Part shown: one piece after another, positions 61,129 to 64,000 of the stretch
How the letters are laid out: every line of letters starts with the position of its first letter
Numbering within the stretch: the first letter of the stretch is position 1
Assembly (NCBI GenBank): GCA_963666365.2
Contig: CAXXNF010000001.1
Location: forward strand, 544,001-608,000
Direction: 5' to 3'
DNA: 64,000 nucleotides
From: Syntrophales bacterium
Lineage (GTDB): Bacteria > Desulfobacterota > Syntrophia > Syntrophales > UBA2210
The notes under the pieces: generated by a model
Told to the model about the DNA's origin: nothing
Databases searched by the model: none
What the model saw: only the letters and a program-made list of their open reading frames with translations
Translations under genes and position numbers: made by a program

Positions 61129-62192
61129 GAGGCCACCTTCCGATTTCCCTCTTCCGAGAGGTGAAGAATCACCGGTTCCCCTCCCCGGGGCGACCAGATT
61201 CTGTCCACATCGGGCGATAAAAGCCGAATGCTGCACTCTTCCGAAGATGCGTAGTAGGTGGCGCCTGACTGCGCACAAACGACGGGACGAAGTTTATTTC
61301 GGTCGTTGAGCACAATTGCCCCGGCTTTATGGGTTAATACGATTCCGAATGGGCCGTTTACGATAGCCGACCCGTAAATCTGGCGCAGATACCTCCTTTT
61401 TTCGTCTCCTGTCCTGTCGATTTCTTCCCAGAGCGGAGGCGCCATGACGCAGCAGGCATCCTCTTCAGTCAATCCGTCCCGCCGGGTCAGTTTGTCGTAT
61501 ATGTACGAAATCACCTCCGTGTCGGTCTGAAGAAGGCAGTAGTATCCGTACATTTCCAGCCAGCGTACATTCGTGCCATAACTGGTGATTTCGCCGTTGT
61601 GCACCACGGCCTTGTCCAGAATGGTAAAGGGATGGGCGCCTCCCCACCATCCAGGAGTATTGGTCGGGAACCGGTTGTGCGCGGTCCACATATACCCCTT
61701 GTAATCCTCGATTCTAAAGTAATCGCCTATATCTTCGGGATATCCCATGCCTTTGAAGACGCCGATATTTTTGCCCGACGACACCACAAAGGCATCCTGC
61801 ATGCCGTTGATATGCATGACGACTTCGGCAATGAAATCTTCCTCCGTCTGCTCCGGCGCCATATACTCCTCGATGGGCTTGAGAAAATAGCGCTTCATAA
61901 AGGGTCCCCGGGGTATTCTTTTGTTGGGGTAGACGGGAATTTGTTCTGACTGGTAAATATTCGTCTTCGTCCGCAGGTACTCCTCAACTTTTGAAATCGC
62001 CGGACTGTTGTGATCCCCCTCGTACATTACATGAAAGGCGTACTTATCTCTGTTCTCCGGATAGGCGCCGTAGACGGCGAAGCCGCCGCCAAGTCCGTTC
62101 CCCCGGTCTTTTTGTATTCGGATCGCTTCTTTTATGTAGCTCCCGTCTATCAATGTTCTGTCAGTGTTTATAATACCGACAATTCCGCACAT
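61125..62192 (-). CDS. glutamate synthase amidotransferase subunit (GltB1-like)
   Basis: MCGI N-terminus, H.RFPTNT, AHPF, HNGEI, TDTE. Confidence 0.88.
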   Translation of the reverse strand: MCGIVGIINTDRTLIDGSYIKEAIRIQKDRGNGLGGGFAVYGAYPENRDKYAFHVMYEGDHNSPAISKVEEYLRTKTNIYQSEQIPVYPNKRIPRGPFMKRYFLKPIEEYMAPEQTEEDFIAEVVMHINGMQDAFVVSSGKNIGVFKGMGYPEDIGDYFRIEDYKGYMWTAHNRFPTNTPGWWGGAHPFTILDKAVVHNGEITSYGTNVRWLEMYGYYCLLQTDTEVISYIYDKLTRRDGLTEEDACCVMAPPLWEEIDRTGDEKRRYLRQIYGSAIVNGPFGIVLTHKAGAIVLNDRNKLRPVVCAQSGATYYASSEECSIRLLSPDVDRIWSPRGGEPVILHLSEEGNRKVAS

Positions 62193-62223
62193 GATATGCA
62201 CCTCTTTTTATTACATTCGCCCG

Positions 62224-62931
62224 CTAATTAGGACTTTTCCTTCTTGCGCGCCCATCGGAACTGCAAATATCGATAAGCCACAGGAAGTTTCCATAGATCG
62301 CCCGAGAGTGAACGGCAAGATCGGCCGCCATCAGCTCGAAATAATTAAGACTTCGTTCCCGTTCTCCCGTAAGTTCAGTCCACGTGCGCATCATAACGGG
62401 TGTGACGTCGACATGAAAGGAAAGTCCGTAGGCATTGGCATACCTGAAGGCCTGAACGGGACATTCCTCAGATCCGGCCAGAAGCAGGGCACCGTGAGGC
62501 GCCTCCAGAGTTTCACCATGGACCTGAAAAAAATTCATCGCCGGGGGAAGACCATAGAAAAGTATGTCTCTCCTTCCTTCTTGTGTAAGGACAACCCGCG
62601 TCCACCCCGTACGGCGCACCTCATTCTTGTACCACGGTGCATAACAGGCCTGAGCAAGTATGCGTGCGCCCAAGGCTATTCCAAGAACGGGCCGGTTTGT
62701 GTCCAGGGCGTGGCGCAGCAGTTCCACTTCCCTTTCCATAAAGTCTTGATCACTCGCTGTTTCCGGATTACCCACCGTCACCATTGCGTCAAACTCGGAG
62801 AGGTCTCTCGGCATGGACCTTTCCGAAAAGGGGGTGACGGTCTCCAGTTCAATGCCCTTAAACCTCATAAAATCTGAAGCTAAGGACGATGCATCTGATT
62901 CACTGTGGGCAACGAAAAGAATCCTTTTCAT
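62224..62931 (-). CDS. class I glutamine amidotransferase-like protein lacking the catalytic Cys
   Basis: PVLGIALGA in place of GICLG; SFHVD in place of QFHPE. Confidence 0.7.
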   Translation of the reverse strand: MKRILFVAHSESDASSLASDFMRFKGIELETVTPFSERSMPRDLSEFDAMVTVGNPETASDQDFMEREVELLRHALDTNRPVLGIALGARILAQACYAPWYKNEVRRTGWTRVVLTQEGRRDILFYGLPPAMNFFQVHGETLEAPHGALLLAGSEECPVQAFRYANAYGLSFHVDVTPVMMRTWTELTGERERSLNYFELMAADLAVHSRAIYGNFLWLIDICSSDGRARRKSPN

Positions 62932-63031
62932 CTCTTCTAATAGTATCTGTAGATACTTCTCCGTCTCATAGTCGCTGGCGCGGCTTCGACATCACTGCGC
63001 TCTCTCATTGTGTCATCGACAAAAAATGAAA

Positions 63032-63048
63032 AGCAACAACAGTGCCAG
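63032..63048 (-). promoter_or_regulatory. sigma54 (-24/-12) promoter of the glutamate synthase operon
   Basis: Minus strand CTGGCAC-TGTTG-TTGCT matches TGGCAC-N5-TTGC. Confidence 0.8.
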
Positions 63049-63184
63049 TCACCTACCTGCAACAGTAAAGATTATTAACCTGCCAAGAATAAAGAATTAT
63101 ATGAGTGCGACGATCGTGACATGCATCCGCATTCACGCAACAGGAACCTACACTATGGTAGGATTGTGAGAATGAAACCTACCG

Positions 63185-64000
63185 CTAGGTACGAAATCTT
63201 TTGAAATCTATGCCGTGTTTTTTTACGCGCAGGCCGATAATCCTCTCACTGGTTTTGAGAATCTTCGCCGCTTCGGCCATGTTGCCCCGGGTTGTTTTCA
63301 GTGCGTCCATGATCAGATCCCGCTCAAGGTTGTCCAGTTCCCCCTGCAGGGTGCCGAAGGGGATTGTCCCCGAATATGATGAAGTTTGTAGAGATGGCGG
63401 AAGGTGATAGCCGTATACGACCCCCTCGTTGCTGACCACTACGGCCCGTTCTATCGTGTTTTCCAGTTCCCTCACATTGCCGGGCCAGTGATAGCTCATA
63501 AGCATGTCCAGCGCGTGGGTGCAGATTCTCTGAATCCTCTTATTGTTCGCCCTCGCGTATCGCTCGATAAAGTAGTCCGCAAGCAGAGGAATATCGGTCT
63601 TGCGCTCCCGCAGAGGAGGAACATAGATGGGAAAGACGTTCAACCGATAATAGAGATCCTCCCTGAATTTTTCCTCCCTTATCAGATCTTCAAGGTTCCG
63701 GTTTGTTGCGGCGATGACGCGGACATCCACCCTGGTCGTCGTGACGGCGCCCACACGCTCGAATTCGCGTTCCTGCAAAACCCGAAGAAGGCGTATCTGT
63801 ACCATCGGAGGCAGGTCGCCCACTTCATCGAGAAAGATGGTGCCCCCCGACGCCAGTTCGAAGCGACCCTTCCGCTCCGCAATGGCCCCGGTAAAGGCCC
63901 CCTTCTCATGGCCGAAGAGTTCGCTTTCCAGCACCGTCTCGGGAAGCGCCGCGCAATTCACCTTTACAAGGGGTTTATTCGCCCTGGTGCTGTTATAGTG
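63185..64000 (-). CDS. sigma54-dependent enhancer-binding protein (NifA/NtrC family), 5'-truncated by the window
   Basis: [41 protein letters not shown]-terminal Fis HTH. Confidence 0.92.
   Translation of the reverse strand, partial: HYNSTRANKPLVKVNCAALPETVLESELFGHEKGAFTGAIAERKGRFELASGGTIFLDEVGDLPPMVQIRLLRVLQEREFERVGAVTTTRVDVRVIAATNRNLEDLIREEKFREDLYYRLNVFPIYVPPLRERKTDIPLLADYFIERYARANNKRIQRICTHALDMLMSYHWPGNVRELENTIERAVVVSNEGVVYGYHLPPSLQTSSYSGTIPFGTLQGELDNLERDLIMDALKTTRGNMAEAAKILKTSERIIGLRVKKHGIDFKRFRT

Overview
The host flanks look like an anaerobic deltaproteobacterium (Desulfobacterota/Syntrophales-like, inferred from gene content). They carry an apparently complete 38,021-bp Mu-like transposable prophage at 9916-47936. 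Its boundaries can be read directly: TG...CA termini, a 5-bp CTGTC target-site duplication, and repeated transposase-binding-like sites at both ends. The phage encodes an S24-type repressor, Ner, MuA/MuB, GemA, Gam, a lysis cassette, terminase, portal, a protease-capsid fusion and a non-contractile tail with a -1 frameshifted chaperone. A D12-class adenine methylase occupies the mom position. The most notable observations are: (1) a Com-like zinc-finger gene sitting on a late promoter whose leader has tandem AGCGnCCTGAGCG boxes overlapping an intrinsic terminator, suggesting an RNA-level late switch in a phage with no recognisable Mor/C; (2) a 76-nt four-way-junction RNA with its own promoter, antisense to the methylase leader, plus a hairpin that hides the methylase RBS; (3) an AT-rich defence cargo (AbiJ-like gene plus a Lamassu/ABC-three-component operon) between the repressor and the phage end; (4) two head-region proteins with Sec-type signal peptides. 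Host flanks encode a B12 radical SAM protein, an acyl-CoA synthetase, a CoA-activase, two Hsp20 proteins, hisF/hisH, a giant GlmS-like protein, pyrG and a sigma54-driven split glutamate synthase operon. All family assignments come from motif recognition, not database searches.
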